Source of the DNA: a bacterium
GTDB taxonomy: Bacteria; CG03
DNA: 52,938 nt
Direction: 5' to 3'
Assembly: GCA_043811795.1 (NCBI GenBank)
Contig: JBDRMV010000012.1
Location: 1-52,938, forward strand
In this document: in pieces, positions 26,854-35,102 of the stretch
Layout: each line of letters opens with the position of its first letter
How positions within the stretch are numbered: the stretch's first letter is position 1
Translations under genes and position numbers: made by a program
Notes under the pieces: generated by a model
What the model was told of the DNA's origin: nothing
Databases searched by the model: none
The model's input: the letters and a program-made list of their open reading frames with translations, nothing else

Positions 26854-29385
26854 ATGCAGAACCTCACGCCCCTGATGGAACAGCACGAACGCCTGAAAAA
26901 ACAATATCCCGACTGCATCATTTTTTTCCGTCTGGGCGACTTTTACGAGATGTTCGGCGAGGACGCAAAATACGCAGCATCCGTTCTTCAGATTGTTTTA
27001 ACCCACAGAGGCAGCCAGCCGATGTGCGGCGTCCCGTTCCATTCGGCGGACAATTACCTGACGAAACTCGTCCGGTCGGGGAAAAAAGTCGCCGTCGTCG
27101 AGCAGATGGAAGAAGCGGGAAAAGACAAGAAACTCGTCAAAAGGAACGTCATAAGGATTATGACGCCGGGAACTCTGACCGGAGAAGAACTCTCCCCGAA
27201 CACAAACAATTTTATTCTGAGCGTTTATCCCGGAGGGTCTTCCGGACAGGTTTTTAACTGCGTGATGGCCGACATCACGACAAGCGAACTTATTGCAAGG
27301 GTCGTGCCGGAAACAGATTTTCCGGGTTTCCTCAAAAGTTCCGAAAAAATAAGGGAGGTGATTTTCCCCGAGGGAAGCGAACCCGTACAATACCTGCCCG
27401 ACGACGTCTTCAAAGTTCCGATGGAAAAGAGCTACTTCGACGAGTTCGCCGGGCGCGAGAAATTCAAGGAACTGTTCAAAGTAAGTTCCGCTCAGGGTTT
27501 TGAAATGGAAGACAGCGGCCTTCTGAGGGCGGCGGCGGCGCTGTTCGGTTACCTTGAAAGAGCCAAGATAGACGTTCTATCCTCCATCAGAAAAATTATC
27601 AGAATTCACGGAGGCGAAAACCTGTTTCTGGATTCTTCTTCAATACGGAATCTTGAACTCGTTGAAAATTCCGGCGGGGGAGACGCCAAAAACACTCTTT
27701 TCGCCGTCCTCGACAGAACAAAAACCCCGCAGGGCGGGCGGCTGTTAAAGAGGCGTTTGCTCAACCCGTCGGCAAAAATCGAAAAAATCAGACAGCGCCA
27801 GAAAGAAGTTACGGAGTTTCTTGAAAACTGTTCCTTAATGGACGAGGCGGGCCTGATCCTGACACGCATAAAGGATATTGAGCGGGCTTCCTCCAGAATA
27901 TCAATTTCGGGATGGCACCCGCGCGATTTTCTGATTCTGCTCGAGTCGCTCCTCAGCGCGGAAATTCTCAAACAAAAACTTTCGGGCCCGGTTTTCCCGA
28001 AAATCAACGCCCTCCCGAAACTGCGGAAAATACTTGAAAATTCCCTTGAAAAAGATACGGACGGGTACATAAAAATCAAACAGCAGTTCAGCCCGAAACT
28101 GACCGAAATCGAACGGAAACTCGCCGTCCTTGAAAAATGGATAAAAACCCTTGAAGCCGGAGAAAGGAAAAGATTAAGCATCCCGAAACTGAAAGTCGGG
28201 TTCAACTCCGTTTTCGGATATTACATAGAAGTAAGCAAAGCCAGTATGCGAAAAGTCCCCGGGGAATACATCAGAAAGCAGACGCTCGTAAACTGCGAAA
28301 GATTCATAACGCACCGCCTGAAAGAAAAAGAAACCGAGATTTTGATTCTGAAAGAAGAGCTCCTGAACATACAGAAGGACGCATGGATGTTTCTCGCGGG
28401 TGAAGTAAAAAAATTTCTCGCTGAAATAAAAAATCTTTCCTATGCAATCGCTTCCGCGGACGTTTCGCTTTCGCTTGCCGAGACCGCAATCCGCGAAAAC
28501 TACGTGATGCCGGATATTTCCGGCGGAGATGAACTCACGATAGAAAACGGCAGGCACCCCGTCGTCGAAAAGATGCAGACGCAGGTGTTTACCCCGAACA
28601 GCGTTTTTCTTAACAGGAAGGATAATCAGATTATGCTGATTACAGGGCCCAACATGGCAGGCAAATCAACATTCATAAGGCAGACCGCGCTGATTGTGAT
28701 TCTGGCGCAGATGGGTTCGGCCGTCCCTGCCTCATCCGCGAAAATAGGCATTGCCGACAGAATTTTCACGAGAATCGGGTCGGGCGACAATCTCGCGCAG
28801 GGAAGTTCCACATTTATGGTAGAGATGGTGGATGCGGCAAACATTTTGAACAATTCGACGGAGAAATCGCTGATAATAATCGACGAACTCGGACGGGGGA
28901 CTTCCACTTACGACGGTATTTCAATTGCGCAGGCGTGTCTCGAATATCTGGCAAAGGACAAACGGCATTCCAGATGTCTTTTCGCCACGCATTTTTTTGA
29001 ACTCGTGGAACTGCAGGGAGAATTCAAGAACATCAAAAATTTCAACGCGACCGTGAAAGAGTGGCAGGGCAAACTCCACTTCCTACACAAAATAGAGCCG
29101 GGTCCCGCCGACCGCTCGTACGGAATACATGTGGCCCGCCTCGCAGGAATTCCCGAAGATGCGGTCAAAAGAGCGGGAGAGATTCTCGGAGAACTTGAAG
29201 CGGGGCAAACCGCCGCAAAGACCCGGGACGGGAGTCCTCAACTTACATTTTTTGAAAACCCTTACAAACAATCAAACGAGGTTCTGAAAAAAATCAAAGC
29301 GCTTAACCTTAACGAGACAATGCCGGTGGATGCCCTGAAGATACTGGACGAGATAAAGAAAGAACTTGAAGAGGAGAATAATTGA
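26854..29385 (+). CDS. mutS: DNA mismatch repair protein MutS
   Basis: It has the N-terminal TPLMEQH...FFRLGDFYE (mismatch-binding Phe), Walker A GPNMAGKST and DELGRGTS. Confidence 0.95.
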   Translation: MQNLTPLMEQHERLKKQYPDCIIFFRLGDFYEMFGEDAKYAASVLQIVLTHRGSQPMCGVPFHSADNYLTKLVRSGKKVAVVEQMEEAGKDKKLVKRNVIRIMTPGTLTGEELSPNTNNFILSVYPGGSSGQVFNCVMADITTSELIARVVPETDFPGFLKSSEKIREVIFPEGSEPVQYLPDDVFKVPMEKSYFDEFAGREKFKELFKVSSAQGFEMEDSGLLRAAAALFGYLERAKIDVLSSIRKIIRIHGGENLFLDSSSIRNLELVENSGGGDAKNTLFAVLDRTKTPQGGRLLKRRLLNPSAKIEKIRQRQKEVTEFLENCSLMDEAGLILTRIKDIERASSRISISGWHPRDFLILLESLLSAEILKQKLSGPVFPKINALPKLRKILENSLEKDTDGYIKIKQQFSPKLTEIERKLAVLEKWIKTLEAGERKRLSIPKLKVGFNSVFGYYIEVSKASMRKVPGEYIRKQTLVNCERFITHRLKEKETEILILKEELLNIQKDAWMFLAGEVKKFLAEIKNLSYAIASADVSLSLAETAIRENYVMPDISGGDELTIENGRHPVVEKMQTQVFTPNSVFLNRKDNQIMLITGPNMAGKSTFIRQTALIVILAQMGSAVPASSAKIGIADRIFTRIGSGDNLAQGSSTFMVEMVDAANILNNSTEKSLIIIDELGRGTSTYDGISIAQACLEYLAKDKRHSRCLFATHFFELVELQGEFKNIKNFNATVKEWQGKLHFLHKIEPGPADRSYGIHVARLAGIPEDAVKRAGEILGELEAGQTAAKTRDGSPQLTFFENPYKQSNEVLKKIKALNLNETMPVDALKILDEIKKELEEENN

Positions 29386-29533
29386 GAAAATTGACGGCGC
29401 TGTGGCTTGCGGCGATTTTTGTTTTTCTTATTATATTAGGCGTTAAACTCCGGCGGCCGGAGACTACATGGGGCATCGCCTCGAACCTGTGCATTGATTG
29501 CATGGGTCTTAAATCAAAAATAAAAAATTAAAA

Positions 29534-30400
29534 ATGTTAAGCAGAGCGAAATCCACCTCCGGCGGAGAAAATGCAAAAAGAAAAATAACGCAGATAATAT
29601 CTTTTTTACTGATAAACGGTAATTTAAAAACTATTTTCGGCTGGAAACTTTACGACGGCCCTCTTAAAAAAATCTGTGTCCCTGTGCTTAACTGCCACTC
29701 CTGCCCGTTTGCTCTCTCCGCATGTCCACTGGGGATGCTCCAGCAGTTTCTGTCCCTCGGTATAAAAAATGGCATGGCTGGTTTTCTGTATATTCTGGGT
29801 ATGCTCGGAGTTCCAGCTGTTTTTCTCGGGCGTTTTTTCTGCGGCTGGGCGTGCCCTTTCGGTTTCATGCAGGACATTATCAATGTTAAAAAGATAACGG
29901 TATTTTTTCCCCGGGTTTTGAAGTGGATAAAGTATATTCTGCTGCTGGGTTTTGTTCTGATATTCCCGGTTGTATTCACAAACAGCTGGGGAATAGGAGC
30001 CCCGACTTTCTGCAAGTACATCTGTCCGGCAGGCACTCTGGAAGCGGGAATTTACGGGGCAGTTATTCTTAAAGCCACTCACACTCTGCTTGACGTGAAA
30101 GTTTTAATTCTGATAATGACGGTGGGGCTGGCGATTTTTGTGCGCCGTTTTTTCTGCAGGATTTGCCCGCTCGGATTTATACTCGGCCTGTTCAACAAAA
30201 TATCTCTGCTTCAGATGCGTAAAAACGAAAAGTGCGATAACTGCGGGAACTGCGCGAAGGTCTGCCCGATGGGCATCGATATGCCGGGCAATCTGAATTC
30301 AATAAACTGCATAAGGTGCGCAAAATGCGTCCACGCCTGCCCTGAATATGTTCTAAAATTAAGTTTTCTTCCCGAAAAACCGGAGCGCCCTGCCCCGTAA
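29534..30400 (+). CDS. Membrane-bound 4Fe-4S polyferredoxin (NapH/MauN-like)
   Basis: It has TM helices with CHSCP...ACP and WACPFG motifs. It also has C-terminal CDNCGNCAKVCP and CIRCAKCVHACP clusters. Confidence 0.75.
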   Translation: MLSRAKSTSGGENAKRKITQIISFLLINGNLKTIFGWKLYDGPLKKICVPVLNCHSCPFALSACPLGMLQQFLSLGIKNGMAGFLYILGMLGVPAVFLGRFFCGWACPFGFMQDIINVKKITVFFPRVLKWIKYILLLGFVLIFPVVFTNSWGIGAPTFCKYICPAGTLEAGIYGAVILKATHTLLDVKVLILIMTVGLAIFVRRFFCRICPLGFILGLFNKISLLQMRKNEKCDNCGNCAKVCPMGIDMPGNLNSINCIRCAKCVHACPEYVLKLSFLPEKPERPAP

Positions 30401-30405
30401 CGGAA

Positions 30406-31230
30406 ATGTTCGCTTTCTCAACCTTAATGCTGGAGAATTTCGGAGACTCGGCTTTTTCGCACGCAGCAGACATCGTTACTGCAGGGGTAAAGAACATCGA
30501 ACTCACCTGGAGTATCGGCCTTCCTCTGGACGATAAAAAAATGCTGCTGGACAGGTCGGGCGAAATACTGAAAACGGGCGTCAAAATAATTTCAATGCAT
30601 ACACCGCTCCGCGACGGGAACGGGAAAGACCTTGACATTTCCGCCGCCGACAACTGGGACAGGAAGTTTGCAATCAGGGAAATTCAAAAAAGCATGATAG
30701 CTTTCCGGCTGGCAGCGCCTGAACACGGAGAGAAAACCGTAATACACTGCGGCAGAAAATGCGATTATACCGGCAGAAAATCCCGGCTTGAAAAATCAAT
30801 TGAATCCCTGAAAGAAATTCTTGATTTTAACCGGGATTTCGGATACGAAATTTGTCTTGAAAACACTCTCCCCGGAGACGTCGGATGCTTCCTTGAGGAC
30901 TTACTGCTCGTAAAAGAAAAACTGAACAGTGAAAAAATCAAATTCTGCTTTGACACCGGTCATTATAATATCGGCAGAAAACAGGATGATATTCTAACGG
31001 AAATGACCCGGGACATTTCGGAAATGCACATCCACGACAACAACGGGAAAAATGACGAACACTTCGCCCCGGGAGACGGGAACATCGTCTGGAAAGACCT
31101 CTTTTCAAAAATTTCCGGATGGAGCGGAACGCCTGTTTTTGAGTTAATGGAATCCGCCCCGTACGGAATAGAAAAGTGCATAAAATTTGCGCGGGAATCC
31201 GGTTTGCTCCCCGCTGAGCCGCTTGAATAG
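30406..31230 (+). CDS. Xylose-isomerase-like TIM-barrel protein (sugar phosphate isomerase/epimerase family)
   Basis: The pattern is typical for the family: ICLEN, FCFDTGH and EMHIHDNNGKNDEH. Confidence 0.7.
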   Translation: MFAFSTLMLENFGDSAFSHAADIVTAGVKNIELTWSIGLPLDDKKMLLDRSGEILKTGVKIISMHTPLRDGNGKDLDISAADNWDRKFAIREIQKSMIAFRLAAPEHGEKTVIHCGRKCDYTGRKSRLEKSIESLKEILDFNRDFGYEICLENTLPGDVGCFLEDLLLVKEKLNSEKIKFCFDTGHYNIGRKQDDILTEMTRDISEMHIHDNNGKNDEHFAPGDGNIVWKDLFSKISGWSGTPVFELMESAPYGIEKCIKFARESGLLPAEPLE

Positions 31231-31447
31231 AACCTGAAATCTTTCTTTCTCTTTAATTTTTGCTTTGTATATTTACCATCAAGCAAAAAATATCCCAATT
31301 TTTCTACTCACGCTCCAAGATAGATAGCTTTTTCAGTACAATTTTATACTTGTAGGTTTCAACAGAAAGAGTTTTTTTAATAAGTCACTAAAGCATTATA
31401 TCCGCCGGAGCCTCGGCGAAGGAGGGGCAAGGACTGGGGTTATTCAC

Positions 31448-32284
31448 CTAAATATCAAGTCCTTTTGCAGAAGATAATTCAATATCTAATATTTTCTTAA
31501 GACTTTCTTTCCATCTAATTTTTGAATTATTTTTTAAATGCGAATACCATAATTTAACTTTAGATTCAGAATAGTAATCTAGTAATTGAGTTGCCTTTAA
31601 GATTGTATTTCTATCTCTATACCCGTTTAATTTTAAACGGCGCAAAAAATAATTAGGTTTCCCTATCCAAATAGAGTCTGTTATAAACGGTAATACTTTT
31701 TTTACAAGCAAAGTTGGGCTTTTATCAAGCAAGGGCTCACAAGACACACTTGTTTTAAATCCTTTTTTGTATGCCAACTGAAGGGATTTGAATCTTTCGG
31801 AAAAGCTAGGAGCTCCGGGCTCCCAAAATTTTAAAATACGTGTACTAATAGAACCAATTGTAAATCTAAATAAAATTTGTTTTTTGTAATCTTTAAATTC
31901 TTTACAAATTGTGGAGATACACATGAGGTGAGGTTTTGTTACTATTAAGACTTTATTGTTTTCAACCACTATGTTTTGTAAAAATTTTATTGCTTCATCC
32001 AAGTTATCTGGATGAATATCATGAGAAGAAGGAAACATTATTGTCCCTGATACCTTTTTGAATTTTTTATTAAGGTTATTTTCTTTTACAATTGCATTTT
32101 TCCAATTATCTGGAGTTCTTCGGCCAAAACGAATCGCCATTTCTTTACTGTAACAGTACTTGCAATCATGCTGGCAGCCATCAATAAAATTTGCATTTTG
32201 GCACGCCCATTCATATGTCCCAAAAATGTGTGGGTTATCCCTTAGGCTATTGTTGCTCGGTTTTGTTGATAACAATGTTTCCAT
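31448..32284 (-). CDS. Three-Cys (CX3CX2C) radical-SAM-like protein of the SplB/COG1533 type
   Basis: It has GCQHDCKYCYS near the N-terminus and an SplB-like layout (FPSSHDI, VLIVTKP, FTIGS, WEPGAPSFSER, SCEPLL). Its start abuts the upstream stop (TAAATG). Confidence 0.7.
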   Translation of the reverse strand: METLLSTKPSNNSLRDNPHIFGTYEWACQNANFIDGCQHDCKYCYSKEMAIRFGRRTPDNWKNAIVKENNLNKKFKKVSGTIMFPSSHDIHPDNLDEAIKFLQNIVVENNKVLIVTKPHLMCISTICKEFKDYKKQILFRFTIGSISTRILKFWEPGAPSFSERFKSLQLAYKKGFKTSVSCEPLLDKSPTLLVKKVLPFITDSIWIGKPNYFLRRLKLNGYRDRNTILKATQLLDYYSESKVKLWYSHLKNNSKIRWKESLKKILDIELSSAKGLDI

Positions 32285-33100
32285 TTATATTTTAGTATAG
32301 CTTTTAAATATGTCCTTTACAATTCTCCCGGCAACTTGTTCTTGGGATGCAAAAAACAAGTAATATATTATTGAACCCGTACTGTTTTTCATAGCAATTG
32401 GTTGTGGAACAATTTTAAAGCCCGCAACCTTTATCAAACGTTCTCTAAATTTTTCAGCTAAGTTTTTATTATTAATTTTCTCTTTTAGTTCCTCAAATAA
32501 ATATCCATTATTTGAATACGCAACTTCTTTCCAGGTTTCATCTCCCCAAAACCTTGTCATCCTTAATGCCTGCTCAGCCGTAACTTTGTCAGGATTTTTT
32601 TTGAGAGCGTTCATATTTATATCCATTACGGGGAAGTTCAAAAATATTTCTATGGATTTCATCTCACCGGCTGTTTTAATAACTTGCCAATCAAGATGTA
32701 ATCCATATGGATCTAGTAAACATAATCCTCTACAATACTCACTATATTTTATGCGTGGAAATACTTCCTCTAAAAGTTTTTTGTTGCAATCCCCACAATA
32801 AACATAAACGTTTTTTTTCTCTTTACTTAATTTTCTTAATAATTCCACTTTCTCTTTGTTCGTATCAATAAAATGGTATTCTTTGAAAGGTATTTTAACA
32901 TTCAAGGCATTGAGCGGACTGCCCGGAACTCTGTCCCCTGTTTCTTTTGAAATGTGTTCTCCCGCTCCTGCGAAAGCATCAACATAAATATTTTTAAATC
33001 TTGAGCCTACAATTTTTACATATGCTTCTGAATACTTTTTTAATATCTCTAATTTATCCTCCGACCAATTACCAATAATATCAAGTTTGGCTTCTTTCAT
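32285..33100 (-). CDS. TcmP-like three-Cys-motif partner protein (Rossmann methyltransferase-like)
   Basis: The N-terminus GNWSEDKLEILKKYSEAYVKI...YVDAFAGAGEH and the later LLDPYG match my recollection of TIGR04474 and amino-methyltransferase motifs I/IV. Confidence 0.62.
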   Translation of the reverse strand: MKEAKLDIIGNWSEDKLEILKKYSEAYVKIVGSRFKNIYVDAFAGAGEHISKETGDRVPGSPLNALNVKIPFKEYHFIDTNKEKVELLRKLSKEKKNVYVYCGDCNKKLLEEVFPRIKYSEYCRGLCLLDPYGLHLDWQVIKTAGEMKSIEIFLNFPVMDINMNALKKNPDKVTAEQALRMTRFWGDETWKEVAYSNNGYLFEELKEKINNKNLAEKFRERLIKVAGFKIVPQPIAMKNSTGSIIYYLFFASQEQVAGRIVKDIFKSYTKI

Positions 33101-33149
33101 TGTCTTAAACCCCTCTTATTACTGTAACACCCCTATAACACCCCAGACT

Positions 33150-33180
33150 TTGACATTTTGACATGAATAATTATACCAAA
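33150..33180 (-). promoter_or_regulatory. Extended -10 promoter and tandem ATGTCAAA repeat of the TcmP cassette
   Basis: The minus strand reads TGgTATAAT (33178-33170), followed by ATGTCAAAATGTCAAA (plus-strand TGACATTTTGACAT at 33151-33164). SD AGAGGGG lies before the ATG. Confidence 0.4.
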
Positions 33181-33468
33181 TGACAGCTCAATTCACAGCA
33201 TAAATGTGTATACATCTGTTCAAAACTGCAAGTATATTTGGGATTTTGAAATGCTACCATTCTTACAAGTTGAAGGGGTTGCAAAATTTAATATCTTTGA
33301 GAAATTCCGGTAACTATTGCAAACATTTCTTCTCGCCGAATAACCCGCCGCTATCCCCCTCACCTCAATCCTTCCGCCTCAGGCGGAAGGAAACCAAGAA
33401 TATGTAGTAAGTGGAACTTTACTTTTGCAGTCCTCAATAATTTGATTTTTAGTAGATAGCGCGGGATA

Positions 33469-33918
33469 TTATCTCCGGGGTCTCTCATTAAGTTCTTTAA
33501 AATCCGCTTTTTTCTTAAGGTTTTCCCTCTTGTCGTATAATTTCCTGCCCTTGACCAGAGCAATTTCAAGTTTCACAAAACCCTTCTTAAAGTACAAACT
33601 CAGCGGAATGGCCGTCAATTTTTTTTCCTGCGTTTTATAGAAAAATCTCGCAATCTCTTTTTTATGGAGCAGAAGGCGGCGGAGCCTCAAAGGGTCCGCT
33701 TTTTCTAACGTCGAATGGACGTAAGGGCTTATGTACATCCCAACGACTTCCGCCTGATTTTCATTGAACTTGACATAAGCGCCCTTCAAATTGGCGGCGC
33801 CGTCCCTTATCGACTTCACCTCGCTCCCTTGCAGCGCAATCCCCGCCTCTATTTTTTCAATGATAGCGTAATCGTGGAACGCCTTCCTGTTTAATATTTT
33901 TATTGACTTCGGCTTCAT
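33469..33918 (-). CDS. smpB: SsrA-binding protein SmpB
   Basis: The SmpB sequence is typical: NRKAFHDY, GIALQGSEVKS, LLLHKKEI and a basic C-terminal tail. Confidence 0.92.
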   Translation of the reverse strand: MKPKSIKILNRKAFHDYAIIEKIEAGIALQGSEVKSIRDGAANLKGAYVKFNENQAEVVGMYISPYVHSTLEKADPLRLRRLLLHKKEIARFFYKTQEKKLTAIPLSLYFKKGFVKLEIALVKGRKLYDKRENLKKKADFKELNERPRR

Positions 33919-33931
33919 TTTGATTTATTAT
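33903..33931 (+). promoter_or_regulatory. Candidate promoter of tRNA-Leu
   Basis: TTGACT (33903-33908), 17 nt, then TATTAT (33926-33931). It lies about 25 nt upstream of the mature tRNA 5' end and inside the smpB 5' coding region on the other strand. Confidence 0.45.
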
Positions 33932-33955
33932 ACTAAATACGCCGTAACGACAGAA

Positions 33956-34039
33956 GCCGGAGTGGCGGAATTGGCAGACGCGCTGCGTTCAGGGCGCAGT
34001 GGGCATTAGCCTGTGTGGGTTCAAATCCCTCCTCCGGCA
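33956..34039 (+). tRNA. tRNA-Leu (anticodon CAG), class II with a long variable arm
   Basis: The acceptor is GCCGGAG/CTCCGGC and the D-arm is GCGG-AATTGGCAGA-CGCG. The anticodon stem is CTGCG/CGCAG with loop TTCAGGG. The T-arm is GTGGG-TTCAAAT-CCCTC with one U-U mismatch. It is close to E. coli tRNA-Leu(CAG). No CCA is encoded. Confidence 0.9.
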
Positions 34040-34312
34040 AACTCTAAATTTTTCACAGGGGATTTGAAGCCGACCCGAGCGCCACTGGTCCGAGCGAGGG
34101 CGGCCGGCTTCGGATGAGGAGCGGCAGCGACGAGGGAGAAGAAATCCCTCCTCCGGCAAATCTTAAATTCTTCACAGGGGATTTGAAGCCGACCCCTGCC
34201 TGCCGGCAGGCAAGGCGAGCGCTCCCGAGTCGAGCGAGGGCGGCCGGCTTCGGATGAGGAGCGGCAGCAACGAGGGAGAAGAAATCCCTCCTCCGGCAAA
34301 CTCTAAATTCTT
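34023..34312 (+). repeat. Tandem repeat of the tRNA-Leu 3' end (three copies) with about 100-120 bp GC-rich hairpin units
   Basis: AAATCCCTCCTCCGGCAAA occurs at 34023-34041, 34142-34160 and 34282-34300. Each copy is followed by (C/T)TCTAAATT(T/C)TTCACAGGGGATTTGAAGCCGACCC. The units end in GAGCGAGGGCGGCCGGCTTCGGATGAGGAGCGGCAGC(G/A)ACGAGGGAGAAG. Confidence 0.85.
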
Positions 34313-34383
34313 AATGGTGTCCCATAATTGTGCAAGTCGTAGCGGAATTGTAGAAAAGAAAAAGCAGGGCGTCCCCTTTTTTT

Positions 34384-35097
34384 CTATAAACTGAACTTCC
34401 CGGGAAAATCCGTAAAAATTCCTCCGGCTCCGATGGAAACCATTTTCCTGAACGTATTCTCGTCATTCGCCGTCCAGACATTAAGTCCGAAGGCTTTTTC
34501 GCGAAGAATTTCCGCAAGAGTTCCCGTCGCGAAAAGACATTCGACTCCGGCGGCGGAAGCGCCCGTTTCGCCGAGTATTCTGAGAATTTTATCCGGGGCC
34601 GCTGCGCCTTTGAAATTAAGAGCACAACGGCGGGCAGGGAATTTTTTTTTAAGTTTTTTAACGGCGGACGGCAGAAAAGAGCAGAACTGAAACTCAGGGA
34701 AAAGAGGTCTCGCCCTGATAATATCACAGAGAACTTCCGAAGTTTCCTCCGCAAGGTTGTCATTTTCCGCTTTTATTTCGATAACGAGAATCTTTCCGTA
34801 ATTTTTTACAAGGTTTGCGACTTCGGAAATTTCCGGGATTTTTTCTCCGCCGCCTGCATTTAATTTTTTCAATTCTTCAAGCCCGTAATCTGAAACCCTT
34901 CCCTTCCCGTTTGTTGTCCTTTCAAGAGCGCTGTCGTGAAATGCGACAAGTTTTCCGTCTTTTGTCAGGCGTATATCGCATTCAACGGCGGCGGCAGGAG
35001 ATTCAAGTCCGAGGCGGAAAGATTTAAGCGTGTTTTCGGGGGCAATGCCCGCAGCGCCGCGGTGTCCTATAACAAACTGTCCCCCGGCAGAATTCAC
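34384..35097 (-). CDS. Glycerophosphodiester phosphodiesterase (GDPD family)
   Basis: It has the N-terminal IGHRGAAGIAPENT plus ECDIRLTKDG and HD motifs. Confidence 0.88.
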   Translation of the reverse strand: MNSAGGQFVIGHRGAAGIAPENTLKSFRLGLESPAAAVECDIRLTKDGKLVAFHDSALERTTNGKGRVSDYGLEELKKLNAGGGEKIPEISEVANLVKNYGKILVIEIKAENDNLAEETSEVLCDIIRARPLFPEFQFCSFLPSAVKKLKKKFPARRCALNFKGAAAPDKILRILGETGASAAGVECLFATGTLAEILREKAFGLNVWTANDENTFRKMVSIGAGGIFTDFPGKFSL

Positions 35098-35102
35098 AAA
35101 TT

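Noticed and set aside
27606-28205. 199-aa minus-strand ORF
   Set aside because: It is antisense to mutS. It is a shadow ORF with no motifs.
12990-33390. Integrase, transposase or recombinase genes that would explain the accessory blocks
   Set aside because: None of the ORFs in or next to the AT-rich blocks shows tyrosine/serine recombinase or DDE motifs. Mobility is inferred only from composition, repeats and context.
33204-33407. 67-aa plus-strand ORF between the TcmP cassette and smpB
   Set aside because: It spans the cassette promoter and the right-arm hairpin repeat. It has no RBS, and its C-terminus (PPLSPSPQSFRLRRKE) is the translation of the hairpin repeat.
33101-33955. tmRNA (ssrA) next to smpB
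   Set aside because: I looked for a tRNA-Ala-like acceptor/T-arm pair and a tag reading frame around smpB. Only tRNA-Leu is present, and the remaining intergenic DNA is AT-rich promoter-like sequence.
34021-34299. 92-aa minus-strand ORF across the region downstream of tRNA-Leu
   Set aside because: It is generated by the tandem tRNA-3'-end repeat units, since its sequence repeats itself, and it overlaps the tRNA. It has no RBS.
34023-34312. Possible CRISPR array
   Set aside because: There are only three repeat copies. The intervening sequences are themselves repeated, the periods are 119 and 140 bp, the repeat is identical to the tRNA 3' end, and there are no cas genes.
34311-34763. 150-aa minus-strand ORF
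   Set aside because: It is out of frame within the GDPD gene, which has clear family motifs. Its translation is low-complexity.
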